Source of the DNA: Squalus acanthias
Taxonomy: Eukaryota
Assembly: GCA_030390025.1 (NCBI GenBank)
Contig: JASTWF010000333.1
Location: 1 to 64,000 of the forward strand
DNA: 64,000 bases
Direction: 5' to 3'
Shown here: positions 37,078 through 49,594 of the stretch, one piece after another
Position numbering within the stretch: position 1 is the stretch's first letter
How the letters are laid out: every line of letters begins with the position of its first letter
Made by a program: the position numbers and the translations under genes
The notes under the pieces: generated by a model
Told to the model about the DNA's origin: nothing
What the model saw: only the letters and a program-made list of their open reading frames with translations
The model's database searches: none

Positions 37078-37458
37078 TTTTTATAAATTCATTCTTGAGA
37101 TGTAGACATCGCTGGCAAGGCCAGCATTTATTGCCCATCCCTAGTTGCCCTTGAGAAGGTGGTGGTGAGCCGCCTTCTTGAACCGCTGCAGTCCCTGTGG
37201 TGAAGGTACTCCCACAGTGCTGTTAGGGAGGGAGTTGCAGGATTTTGACCAAGCAAGGACGAAGCAATGGCGATATATGTCCAAGTTGGGTGGTGTGTGA
37301 CTTAGAGATGACGATGTTCCCATGCACTTGCTGCCCTTGTCCTTTTAGATGGTGGAGGTCCCGGGTTTGGGAGGTGCTGCCAAAGAAGCCTTAGCGAGTT
37401 GCTGCAGTGCATTCTGTGGACAGTATACACAGCAGCCACGGTGCACTGGCTGAGGGAG
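37078..37458 (-). mobile_element. 3' fragment of the same LINE family as 3422-4955
   Basis: GLQRFKKAAHHHLLKGN on - strand and shared 3' UTR. Confidence 0.85.
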
Positions 37459-39955
37459 CAGAAATTTAGGCTAGGGCCACAATCACAATCCATGTCTTAT
37501 GTGAGGATCACTCTCAGGAGGCATGTCTGCAACTGTGATTGCCCATATACTGAGCTCCTGATTTCAATCATACCACTGTGGCTAGTTGCCAAGTTGAGCG
37601 CAGATACTTCCTCACAGGAAGAGAAATAGAAACATAGCAACATAGAAGATAGGAGCAGGAGTAGGCCATTCGGCCCCTCGAGCCTGTTCCGCCATTTAAT
37701 GAGATCATGGCTGATCATGCAAATTCAGTACCCTGTCCCTGCTTTCTCCCCATATCCCTTGATCCCTTTAGCCTTAAGAAATATATCTATCTCCTTTTTG
37801 AATATATTTAATGAATTCCACAGGTTCACCACTCTCTGGGTGAAGAAATTCCTCCTCATCTCTGTCCTAAATGGCTTACTCCTTATCCTTAGTCTGTGAC
37901 CCCTGTTTCTGGACTCCCCCGCCATTGGGAACATCCTTCCTGCATCTAGTCTGTCTAGTCCTGTTAAAATTTTATAAGTTTCAATGAGATCCCCTCTCAT
38001 TCTTCTAAACTCTAGCGAATATAAGCCTAATCGACCCAATCTCTCTTCATACGTCATTCCTGCCATCCCAGGTATCAGTCTGGTGAATCTTTGCTGCACT
38101 CCCTCCATGGCAAGAACATCCTTCCTCAGATAAGGTGACCAAAACTGCACACAATACTCAAGGTGTGGTCTCACCAAGGCCCTGTACAACTGCAGCAAGA
38201 CATCCTTGCTCCTGTACTCGAATCCTCTCGCTATGAAGGCCAACATACCATTTGCCTTCTTAACTGCCTGCTGCACCTGCATGCTTACCTTCAGCGACTG
38301 GTGCACAAGGACACCCAGGTCTCATTGCACTTCCCCTTTTCCCAATCTATTGCCGTTCAGATAATAATCTGTCTTCCTGTTTTTGCCACCAAAGTGGATA
38401 ACCTCGCATTTATCCACATTATACTGCATCTGCCATGCATCTGCCCAATCACCCAACCTGTCCAAATCATACTGGAATTTCTCTGCATCCTCCTCACAGC
38501 ACACACGCCCACCCAGTTTTGTGTCGTCTGCAAACTTGGAGATATTACATCTAGTTCCCTCGTCTAAATCATTAATATATATTGTGAATAGCTGGGGTCC
38601 TAGCACCGATCCCTGTGGTACCCCACTAATCACTGCCTGCCACTCGGAAAAAGACCCATTTATTCCAACTCTTTGCTTCCTGTCTGCCAACCAGTTCTCT
38701 ATCCAAGTCAGTACGTTACCCCCAATCCCATGTGCTTTAACTTTGCACGCTAATCTCTTATGCGGGACCTTATCGAAAGCCTTCTGAAAGTCCAAATACA
38801 CCACATCCACTGGTTCTCCTTTATCTATTCTACCAGTTACATCCTCAAAAATTTCCAGTAGATTAGTCAAGCATGATTTACCTTTTGTAAATCCATGTTG
38901 ACTTTGTTCGATCCTGTCACTGCTTTCCAAGTGCTCTGCTATTACATCTTTTATAATGGACTCTAGCATTTTCCCCACTACCGATGTCAGGTTTACCGGT
39001 CTATAATTCGCCATTTTCTCTCTACCACCTTTTTTTAAATAGTGGGGTTACATTAACTACCCTCCAATCCATGGGAACTGTTCCAGAGTCTATAGAATTT
39101 TGGAAGATGACCAGCAATGCATCTACTATTTCTAGGGCCACTTCCTTAAGTACCCTCGGATGTAGATTATCAGGCCCTGGGGATTAATCGGCCTTCAATC
39201 CCATCAATTTCCCTAACACCATTTCCCTACAAATACTGATTTCATTCAATTCCTCCCTCTCATTAGACCCTATGTTCCCCGACATCTCTGGGAGTTTATT
39301 TGTGTCCTCCTTTGTGAAGACAGAACCAAAGTATGTATTTAATTCGTCAGCCATTTCTTTGTACCCCATTATAAATTCCCCTGATTCTGACTGCAAGGGA
39401 CCTACACTTGACTTCACCAATCTTTTTCTCTTCACAGTTTTTATGTTCCATGCAAGCTTACTCTCATATTCTATTTTCCCCCTCTTAATTAATCCCTTTG
39501 TCCTCCTTTGCTGAATCCTAAACTGCTCCCAATCCTCAGGTTTGCTGCTTTTTGTGGCCAATTTATATTTCCTCTCCTTGGATCTTCTGCTATCCCTAAT
39601 TTCCCTTGTTAGCCATGGTTGAGTCACCTTTTTTGTTTTATTTTTATGCCAAACAGGGATGAACAAATTCTGTAGTTCATGCATGCGATCTTTAAATGTT
39701 TGCCATTGCCTATCCACCGTCAACCCTGTAAGTAACGCTCCCAAATCCATCCTAGCCAACTCGCGCCTCATACCATCGTAGTTTCCTTTATTTAAATTCA
39801 GGACCCTAGTCTCTGAGTCAACTACTTCACTCTCCATCTTAATGAAGAATTCTATCATATTATGATCGCTCCTCCCCAAGGGGCCTCGCACAACAAGATT
39901 GCTAATTAATCCTTTCTCATTACATAATACCCAGTCTAAGATAGCCTGATCTCTA

Positions 39956-40184
39956 ATACAAAAAGAAAATACTGCAGATGCTGGAAATCTGAAATAAAAA
40001 CAGAAAATGCTGGAAATACTCAGCAGGTCAGGCAGCATCTGTGAAGAGAGAAACAGAGTTAACGTTTCAGGTCGATGACCAGGTTCTGATGAAAGGTCAT
40101 CGACCTGAAACGTTAACTCTGTTTCTCTCTTCACAGATGCTGCCTGACCTGCTGAGTATTTCCAGCATTTTCTGTTTTTATTTT
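39956..40184. mobile_element. 229-bp Penelope-derived fold-back insertion in CR1 ORF2
   Basis: Perfect 89-bp inverted repeat (39992-40080 / 40095-40183); 15-bp TSD ATRGCCTGATCTCTA (39941-39955, 40185-40199). Confidence 0.9.
40082..40118 (+). ncRNA. Minimal type-I hammerhead ribozyme motif with intact core
   Basis: GGTT-CTGATGA-A-AGGTC(ATC)GACCT-GAAA-CG-TT-AACT; palindromic ACGT replaces stem III; predicted cleavage after 40114. Confidence 0.7.
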
Positions 40185-40829
40185 ATGGCCTGATCTCTAG
40201 TTGGTTCCTCGACATATTGGTCCAGGAAACCATCCCGTATACACTCTAGGAATTCCTCCTCCACGGTATTGTTACTAATTTGGTTAGCCCAATCTATATG
40301 TAGATTAAAGTCACCCATGATAACTGCTGTGCCCTTATTGCACGCATCTCTAATTTCCCATTTTCTGCCTTTGATATTTCTCAGCTCTACCCATACAGAT
40401 TCCACATCATCAGAGCTAATATCCTTCCTTACTATTGTGTTAATCTCCTCTTTAACCAACAATGCTACCCCACCTCCTTTTCCTTTTTGCCTGTCCTTCC
40501 TGATTATTGAATACCCCTGGATGTTGAATTCCCAGCCTTGGTCACCCTGGAGCCATGTCTCCGTAATCCCAATTATATCATATCCATTTACATCTATTTG
40601 CGCAGCTAATTCATCCACCTTATTAGGAATTCTCCTCGCATTAAGACACAAAGCTTTCAGGCTTGTTTTTTTTAACACTCTTAGTCCTTTTAGAATTATT
40701 ATTTACTGTGGCCCTGTTTGATTTACACCCTTGATTTCTCTGCCTTCCACTTTTGCTTTTCTCCTTCCTGTCTTTTGTTTCTATCCTTGCTTCCCTTTCC
40801 TCTGCACAGGTTCCCAACCCACTGCCATT

Positions 40830-41779
40830 TTAGTTTAAACCCTCCCCAACAGCACTAGCAAACACTCCCCCTAGGACATCAGTCCCGGTCCTGCCCAGGT
40901 GCAAACCATCCAGTTTGTACTGGTCCCACCTCCCCCAGAACTGGTTCCAATGCCCCAGGAATTTGAATCCCTCCCCCTTGCGCCATTCCTCTAGCCACGT
41001 ATTCATCTGAAATATCCTTCTATTTGTACTCTGACTAGCACGTGGCACTGGTAGCAATCCTGAGATGACTACCTTTGAGGTCCTATTTTTTAATTTACCT
41101 CCTAACTCCCTATATGCAGCTTTTAGGACCTCATCCATTTTTTACCTATATCGTTGGTACCTATATGCACCATGACAACTGGCTATTCACCCTCCCCCTC
41201 CAGAATGCCCTGCAGCCGCCCCGAGACATCCTTGATCCTTGCACCAGGGAGGCAACATACCATCCTGGAGTCTCGTTTGCGGCCGCAGAAACGCCTATCT
41301 ATTCCCCTTACAATAGAATCCCCTCTCACTATAGCTCTCCCGCTCTTTTTCCTCCCATCCTGTGCAGCAGAACCACCCATGGTGCCAGGAAGTTGGCTGC
41401 TGCTGCATTCCCCCGATAAGCCATCTCCCTCAACAATATCCAAAGTGGTATATCTGTTTGAGAGGGGGAGGGCCACAGGGGACCCCTGCACTACCTGCCT
41501 GCGCCTACTACTCTGCCTGGCGGTCACCCATTCCCTTCCTGCCTGTGCAGCCTTTACCTGCGGTGTGACCAACTCATTAAACGTGCTATCCACGATGTCC
41601 TCAGCATCGCGAATGCTCCAGTATGTATCCATTCGCAGCTCCAGCGCTGCAATGCGGTCTGCCAGTAGCTGCAGCTGGATACACTTCCCGCACACATGGT
41701 CGTCAGGGACACAGGAAGTGTCCCTGATTTCCCACATAGTGCAGGAGGAGCATGCCACGGGGCCAAGCTGTGCTGCCAT
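40830..41779 (-). pseudogene. CR1 ORF1 (Cys-rich N-terminus, coiled coil, SGNH-esterase-like domain), frameshifted
   Basis: CSSC...CGKC, LLADRIAALELRMD, GDSIVRG, CLPGARIKD, VVISGLLP, DGLHL in ORFs 41183-41779 and 40830-41138. Confidence 0.85.
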
Positions 41780-42188
41780 GACTTACCCTTTAATTAATTT
41801 AAATTAAATTAAATCAAATCAATACCACAAATTACACTACAATTAAATGATATACTAAAGGGCCCTTGTTTACTAGCACTCCCCGCTACACAACAGAGAC
41901 CTTAGAAACTATAACCACAAAAATTAAGACCTTCTAAACTTTATAAACTATTAACCTTAACTGTCAAACTATAGAGTAGTATAAATACTCACCTGGCCAT
42001 ACTCACCCAATCAGCTGCTTCCTCTTGCCCGCGTCACTTTTTGAATCGTGACGTGGCTCTGGAACGCCGCCACCGGTCTGTGAGATTGGTAAGCCTCTGT
42101 AAAAAAGCCCGTGAAAGTGAGTTTAAATACTCACTGTTCTCTCCTGTTGATCCCGACACCGGCCTCTTTTCTCCTGACCCACTGTACT

Positions 42189-42571
42189 TAGATAAATAAA
42201 TAAACCTGTGCTCCTTCACTCACTATATTTAGATAAATAAACCTGTGCTCCCTCACTCACTATATTTAGATAAATAAACCTGTGCTCCCTCACTTACTAT
42301 ATTTAGATAAATAAACCTGTGCTCCCTCACTCACTATATTTAGATAAATAAACCTGTGCTCCCTCACTCACTATATTTAGATAAATAAACCTGTGCTCCC
42401 TCACTCACTATATTTAGATAAATAAACCTGTGCTCCCTCACTTACTATATTTAGATAAATAAACCTGTGCTCCCTCACTCACTATATTTAGATAAATAAA
42501 CCTGTGCTCCCTCACTCACTATATTTAGATAAATAAATCTGTGTCCTTCACTCAGTGTACTTGGATAAATA
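42189..42571 (+). repeat. 37-bp minisatellite, about 10 copies
   Basis: Unit TAGATAAATAAACCTGTGCTCCCTCACTCACTATATT starting at 42189, 42230, 42267, 42304, 42341, 42378, 42415, 42452, 42489, 42526. Confidence 0.95.
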
Positions 42572-44646
42572 GCAACAACAACTTGCATTTCTTAACATGG
42601 AAAAACATCTCAAGGCACTTAAATAAATAAGGCCCCTCACCCACTCCAGTTACATGAATAAATAAATCTGTGCTGCACACCCATCATACTTACACAAATA
42701 AATCTGTTCCTTTCACCAATCCCAGTTACAAAAATAAATCTATGCCACTATTATTTCCTGGCTACAGAAGTAAATAAATCTTTGCCCTTACCCCATGATA
42801 TATATTAACCAAATGTAGAACAGATGAGCATCAAAAAGATACAGAACATATAGGAGACTATATATAAATATTAGAAGTATTAACTGAACCTTGTGCAGTG
42901 ACTCACCAGTAATCTGGGGTCGGGGGTATTGTTTTGATGTCTAATATTGTGCCACACCTAATGGAGAAGCAGAACACAGCAGGGTTGGAGAATGGGAAGT
43001 GAAAGACAATGGGGAAGAAGACTGTGAGGCAGGTTTCAGAATCTTCAAATGAAAACCATTGAACGTGGAGAGAAGTCGGAGTTTAGCTGTTTAACAAAGC
43101 AACAGGGCAAACCGTGATGGCAGCTGTTTTGAGAGAATTTTTCACCCCCGGATCTGATTTCCAATCAGAAGACTGTATACCGGGAGATTTTTGTTTCCAT
43201 TCGTCCAATTGCAAAATTAGAATATGTTGACTCCAATGAAAAACAAAATTGAGCGTGATGTAAAGAGTGGCTGCCGATTCTCTATCAGCCCGTTTTGCGC
43301 TACCCGCCTATTTTGCTGACCAATTTCACCGCCACTTACCTCTTTAAAGTGCTTGAATTATTTTTTATGATTAACAGTGAGACTGAGCATTCATAGTGTA
43401 GACATTGGCTTCTTGTTTGTAAGCCTTGCTCCCCCTGTCCAGTATTACATAGAATTACATAGAACTTACAGCACAGAAACAGGCCACTCGGCCCAACCAG
43501 TCTGTGCCAATATTTATGCTCCACATGAGCCTCCTCCCACCCTACTTCATCCAACCCTATCTGCAAATGCTTCTAGTGGTAGGCCTTCTGAATATTGTAC
43601 TTCATCAGAGTGGTATAGACAGTGATACTTGTGCATTCTTGAAGTCTGTTCCTTATATGAGCCTCATCATTAAGGAAGCCCAAAACACACCAATGAAAGG
43701 CGAAGAATGCAGCAGAACCCAGGACCTGGTTTCCAGAGAGAGGCCTGTGCAGAGCAAACTTCTTTTAGGCATCGCAAACATTAAGTGGTCAACTTTATGG
43801 GTAAACTTAGTGTTTTTTTATGATTATTTATTTTTTGAATGTATTTGTCATGTGATCTGAATGTTAGTTGTATTGTTACACTTTCATCTGGGTCAGAAAT
43901 TCAGATGGTGGCTAAAACCAGTAGGAAAAAATAAATTGAGCAATGTGATAGATCTGAGCGATTGAATTGGATTCTGAGATTTTCCCACTCCTGATTGGTA
44001 ACTGTTTTGGTTGGCAGCCTTTCATACACACATCTACATTTACCTAAGCAGTATGGTTAGTTACGCTGGTCAGAAAAGCATGACACCTTAGTGGGCGGCA
44101 ATCTCACTCTGACAGACCATGAGGATAAATTGTAAAAAAATAACATTGGTGCAACAGGTCTGCTCTTCTGAGCTTGGGGGGTTAAGGTTATCTTATCAGA
44201 GTGGAGTAAAAGGAGCTTTATGTAATGGCCTTGGAAGAGTATACCTCCTTAATGCTGGCATGGAATCCTAGCACCAACATCCTTCGCCTTGATGAGCAAA
44301 AAAAACATGTTTTTGTAAAAGCGATTGTACATGAGATGATCTTCAGTTCACTTCAGGGGTAGTAGTTTAATTACATAGCTTGATTTACTGCATGAAAGCC
44401 AGTGGTTGGACTTTATCCAATTAAAGAGGAAGTACTGTGACATCTGAACAAAAGCACCAAAACAAACATTTCAGTACATTTTAAATGGGTACAGCTATAT
44501 ATCTTATAGAAGGTTAGTTACACTCTGGTTTTATATTGATCATGACCTCAAATATAACCCATTATATCCACAGCTAAGAGGAGTCCTCCTGTTACTGTCA
44601 ACAGAAGTAAAAATCTAACCAATTCCATGATATAACATAATAAGAT

Positions 44647-45628
44647 GTTCTGATGAACATTAATCAACCTGAAACATTGGGGGCAATTTTGCCAGCCCTG
44701 GGGAGGCGGGTTTGGAGGCGGGATTGCCGGGAAAATGGCAGAATCTGGGGGTGGGTACCCATCCCGGTACCCATCCCTCCCCCAACCCACCTCCGTGCCA
44801 TCTTCCCAGGAGGCGGGTACCCGACCCGCGCCAGGTCCCATCTCCTCGAGGCGGGAAGGAATTAGTGTCAATTAACTGCCTGTTAACAGGTAGTTAACAG
44901 GCAGCTTTTTGGCTAATCCCTATTTTGAGTCCTGAAGTGTGGGTTTCCCGACGGCTCCAAACCTCGCCAGGGTCAGCGAGGCGGGCCGTCGGTCTGCGGG
45001 GGTCGGAGGGGTCGAGATGTCCAATGTGCAGGTGAGTGATGGGTGCATGTGTGCAGAGGTAAGTGTGTGAGGTGAGTGTAAAGTGTTTTAATAAGTTTTA
45101 CTTACCTTTACTTCTTCCTGCAGGCTTCCTCCCTTCAGGTCTTGGGAGTCCCTCAGCTCACCGGCAGAGAAAGCAGAATGGCCGCTGAACTGTCAAAAGC
45201 TGCAGCCTTCTGCTTACTGCTCAGGGAGGCTTTCTAATTGAGTCTTGAGTAAAGACTCAACTTAGAAGACAGATTGTTAGTGTTTGACTGCTTCACAGAG
45301 CTGTCATACGGTGACATTTCATCTGTCAAAGGCTCTTGACAGATGAAACGTCACTCACTGACGTCATCTGTAAACGGCTTTCCCTTAATTGGCCTGCTAA
45401 ATCCGCTGGGCGGGCTTAACAAGGTCAATCAAGGGAAAATAGCGTGGGTTGGCCACAAGTCGATGGAGGCGGGACTAAAACCCGACAAGTGGGAGTCCCG
45501 CCTCCAAAAGCTCCCCATTGACAAAATCCAGCCCATTAACTCGGTTTCTCTCTCCACAGATGCTGCCTGACCTGCTGAGTATTTCCAGCATTTTCCGTTT
45601 TTATTTCAGATTTCCAGCATCCGCAGTA
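44647..45628 (+). mobile_element. Penelope terminal-repeat fragment split by a TIR element
   Basis: GTTCTGATGAA...ACCTGAAACATT (44647-44678) continues as AACTCGGTTTCTCTCTCCACAGATGCTGCCTGACC after 45537. Confidence 0.75.
44679..45534 (+). mobile_element. Non-autonomous Harbinger-type element (family of 27454-28292)
   Basis: TIRs GGGGGCAATTTTG and rc GGGCTGGATTTTG; ATT on both flanks (44676-44678, 45535-45537). Confidence 0.9.
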
Positions 45629-45697
45629 GTTCACCTTTATAATAAGATGGCTCTCTTAGGCAACAAAAAAATGATCAATTCCATCATTTCTTTTCAG

Positions 45698-45885
45698 CAT
45701 TTCAAGTCTTTCATGGGAAAGAAGATGTCACTGAGGAACTGGAGGAAGTCCAGGCAGAAATGAAAGCCCTGAGGCACGTGCACTTGGTTTCAGTCTTGCA
45801 GCTACTGCGAAAGCGGTCTGCACGTTGGCAGGTCATCACAGTCATTGTCACTATGGCCTGCTACCAGCTCTGTGGTTTGAATGCT
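45698..45885 (+). CDS. SLC2A9: GLUT9 (facilitated glucose/urate transporter) internal coding exon, 188 bp
   Basis: TTTCTTTTCAG acceptor, GTAAGT donor; (A)[62 protein letters not shown] matches human GLUT9 as I recall it ([21 protein letters not shown]); phase 1 start, phase 0 end. Confidence 0.95.
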
Positions 45886-46417
45886 GTAAGTATAAAGCAT
45901 GTTTTATTGGTACGGTGTGATACTACTTGTGTCCTGACTGCATATATGATTTACAGTAAGATGAAAGAACGACTAGGCCGCAATAGCTCAGTGGTACAAG
46001 CACTGAGTCATACGGACCGGATGGGTCCCAGATGGTCAGTCTGTGTTAAACAGTTTATCTTGGCTGGCACTGTAGTGTGGGCACTGTACTTAGCCTCAGT
46101 AGACCTGGGTTGGGGAGGGGGAATAATCAGTCAGAGTTCATGCTCTTCATTGCTATTCAGTGACTCTATCTGAAAAGTGCATGGAGGAAATTTCCACTGG
46201 CTCCAGCGAGTGTAAATGAGGTGATAACACCCTGAAATTCATTGGGAAATACTTACTGTCTCGCTCCCGATCCAGGTGATGCCGTCCTGTTTCAGGCAGT
46301 CGCCCCTTTTAATAGGCAAATCAAGGTCCTATGATGTACATAAAACTCCAATTGCCATTATGGGAGACAAGTAAGCGGAACCCAGTTTCACTCCAGCTAA
46401 ACAGGATCAAAAACGCT

Positions 46418-47285
46418 GGCTGGAATTTTGCCGGTGCTCAGAGAGCGAGTTTAGAGGCAGGACCGCTGTCAAAATCGCAAAGATTGACAGTGGATAGGAA
46501 TCCCGCTGTCAATCTGCCTCCAATCAATCTTCCCAAGTGTCGGGTCCCCGATTTGCGCATGGACCCGACACCTAGCGGCGGGAAGAGGATTAAAGCCACT
46601 TACCTGCCTGTTAACAGATACTTGATAGTTATTAACAGGCTCTTTTTCAATTTTGCCGCTTCTGCCTTGGGTTTCCGGATGTCTGGACACTATGCCAGGT
46701 AAGTGTGGCGTGTTGTGAGTCTGTTGTAATGTTTCTGCATTGATGACAGCTGCAGAAGTGGTGTGAAGGATCCAATGGTGCACTGGTAAGTTTCAGGGGT
46801 AAGAAAATGTTGGGAAAATCATTTTTAATGCATTTACACATTTCTGTAGGTAACAAGTTTTGATTTGGATGTCTAGTCCCACCTCAATGGGAGAACCTCT
46901 CTCACCAGTGACAGATCGCTTCTGTATCCTCACCTGCCATCTGTTCTAGCCTATGGAGGGAGTCATGGAGAGTCTGGGTGCAAGAGCTCACCTTTGTACA
47001 GTGATTGTCAGTGTTTGCAGCACCTCAATGCTGTAAAACACTGAGAAATGAGCTGTCAAAAAAAATTGCGCGTGGTCCCTTTAAGAAAACCAGCAGATGA
47101 CGCGTCATCAAATGACATCATCTGACCGGCTTCCTCTTAATTGGCCTGCAAGCCCGCAGGGCAGGCTTAACAAGGTCAATCAAGGGAAAATCACGTCCGT
47201 GGGCCAGATGCAGTTGGGGGCAGGACTGGAACCCGGAAACCAGCTGACCCGCTTCCAAGCCGCATCCATTTACAAAATCATGGCC
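46418..47285 (+). mobile_element. Non-autonomous TIR element, diverged relative of 27454-28292
   Basis: TIRs GGCTGGAATTTTG and rc GGCCATGATTTTG; GCT on both flanks; shares GGCTTAACAAGGTCAATCAAGGGAAAAT. Confidence 0.8.
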
Positions 47286-47349
47286 GCTAAGTTTAAAATT
47301 ATTTTTGTGGGGCCAGGAGTAGGAGTATTTTCTAAATGACAAGAAGCTT

Positions 47350-48056
47350 GGATCTGTGGATGAGTAGAGAGATTTGGGGGTCAAAATACAGAAAAGCTAG
47401 TGGACAGGTACAAAAAATAATTATAAGGCTAATGGCATGTCGGCCTTTATCTCAAGAGGGTTGGAATACAAAGGGGTGGAAGTTATGTTACAGCTGTACA
47501 GAGCTCTGGTTTCACCCCATCTGGAGTATTGCATTCAGTTCTGGGCACCGAACCTCAGGAAGAATATATTGGCCTTGGAGGGGATGCAGCGTAGATTCAC
47601 CAGAATGATACTGGGGCTAAAAGGGTTAAATTATGTGGACAGGTTGCATAGACTAGACTTGTATTCCCTTGAATATAGAAGATTTAGGGGTGATCTGATT
47701 GAGGTGTTTAAGATGATTAAAGGATTTGATAGGGTAGGTAGAGAGAAACTATTTCCTCTGGTGGGAGAGTCCAGCAACTAATATTAGAGCTAGGCCCTTC
47801 AGGGGTGATGTCAGAAAGCACTGCTTCACACAAAGGGTGGTAAAAATCTGGAACTCTCCCCCAGAAAACTGTTGAAGCTGGGGGTCAATTGAAAATTTCA
47901 AATCTGAGATTGATAGATTTTTATTAGGCAAGGGTATTAAGGGTTACGGAACCAAGGCAGGTAGATGGGACTTAAGATACAGATCAGCCATGACCTCATT
48001 GAATGGCGGGACAGGCTCGAGGGGCTGAATGGCCTACTTCTGTTCCTATGTTCCTA
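47350..48056 (+). mobile_element. CR1 LINE 3' fragment
   Basis: ORF 47437-47781 (LYRALVSPHLEYCIQFW); tail TTCCTATGTTCCTAT. Confidence 0.9.
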
Positions 48057-49594
48057 TCAGACACAGCATATTTAACAACCTGCAATCGGGGAAGCTTTTC
48101 AATATTTAATGTGACATACACCTATGCCATAAAAATACATTAAAAGAAACAGAAAATGCAGAGCAGGTCTTAGTGAGGATAATTACATTTTAAAAAGCGC
48201 TGAAAAAATTGCAATTAAAAGACCAGAAAAACGACTTTGATTCCTGCTGCGCCTGAAAATCTGGTCACAATGTTGAGAGACCCTCCTGAGCAAATCCAAT
48301 TGGAGGATACTCACATTTGAGAGTCAGGGGCGTGGCTAGTTTTGTGGGCAGAGTATCGTTCAGATGAGGGGTTTGATGGATGAACGTAAAAGATCGAGGA
48401 GACTAGGGCATATTTTAGTTGCGGGGACAACTCATGCCCAAAAATACGAGGTCTTTTAAACCACATAATTTGGTTGCACCCAGATGAAGGGCGTCGCTGG
48501 GAGCGAATGCAGAGGAAACTCCAGGCTGGAAAATTTTTTGAAAGTGAGAGATTCCACTGAGGGGTGGGAGAAAATCTGAACAATGGCCCTGATTTTGCTC
48601 TCAGCGGCGAAGGAGCAGTGCTCTCCATTCACCTCACTGACAGCTGCCCACAGACTTTTTGTGGGTTTGTCAGCGGAGATTTCCTCTAATCCGGCGTCTG
48701 TTTCAATGTGGGCGCCCTCTACAGGGGAACTGTGGTGTCTGTGAACAGAGAAAGCAACAGCGAGGCTCTTCAACCAATCAGATTGAAGTATCCCCACTGA
48801 GCCACGCAGAGTCCAAACCAGGAAGTTTAAAGCAGGAAATATAAATGAAAGTTAAATGATGTACAGAAAGTGAAGTAAAGATTGGGAAATACAGATGGCA
48901 TTGAGGGAGAATGATAAATGAGACAGACAGAAAAAGTAAAATAAAATTTAAAAAATGTTTTTTTTCAGATCTCCAACACTAATTTTCTTCTGAGGGAATG
49001 AAATTCCACACTTGTGAAATTAATTTTTCAGGGCCAGAGAGATTGGTCAGCAGTAATTATCATTCATTACACATTAAAAACTCACTGGGGGTGAAATTAG
49101 GCTCGGTAGCGCCCATTTTTGAGTGCTATGAGGCATCTTAAGGTTCCAAAATGGTGTCTGTGGTGCACGCGCACAGCTCTGACAGGAAGTATGCCAAATG
49201 CCACATTGGCAAACTGTGCACAGACCTAATGTCTGGCTGGAGCATGCAGAACAGGCAGATCGTGACGTCAATCGGTGTGCAACTGTGATTTGATGACAGG
49301 GCCGTCATTTTTGAGCTACACGCTTCAGCCTACACCATCTCTTAAGCTCGTACATCTAAACATGCATTCAATGGCATTTAGGATTCCCTGCCAGCACTAT
49401 TTAAAGGGATTATCAACTACTTACATGTTAATTGCTGGATTTCTTCTTCTGGCTGTTGCTGCAATTCTACATGTTTTGGATGTTTTTTCATACTTGTTAA
49501 AAGTTTCAATAGTCTACAGGGAGTGGTCTGCATCGTGCTGAAGTACATTTCTGGTCATTTAAAGGCTTGTGCTGAAACAAGTTGCTTCCAGACA

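Larger units (their letters stand above)
37725..40678 (-). pseudogene. CR1 ORF2 (APE endonuclease and RT), fragmented
   Basis: ORFs 40178-40678 (CLNAR, IGITETWL, MGDFN), 39184-40134 (LGRSDHN), 38322-39014 (YLDFQKAFDKVPH, GVPQGSVLGP, FADD), 37725-38306 (RPHLEYCVQFWSP). Confidence 0.92.
37625..42180 (-). mobile_element. Near full-length CR1 LINE (5' UTR, ORF1, ORF2, 3' tail)
   Basis: ORF1 and ORF2 in order on - strand; tail (CTATGTTT/G)n at 37627-37650; 5' boundary approximate. Confidence 0.9.

Noticed and set aside
42189..42571. 37-bp periodic array as a CRISPR
   Set aside because: Units are contiguous with no unique spacers, no cas genes, vertebrate context; it is a minisatellite.
45760..46173. 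137-aa ORF as a standalone gene
   Set aside because: Only the part up to 45885 is GLUT9; the rest is intron read-through past GTAAGT.
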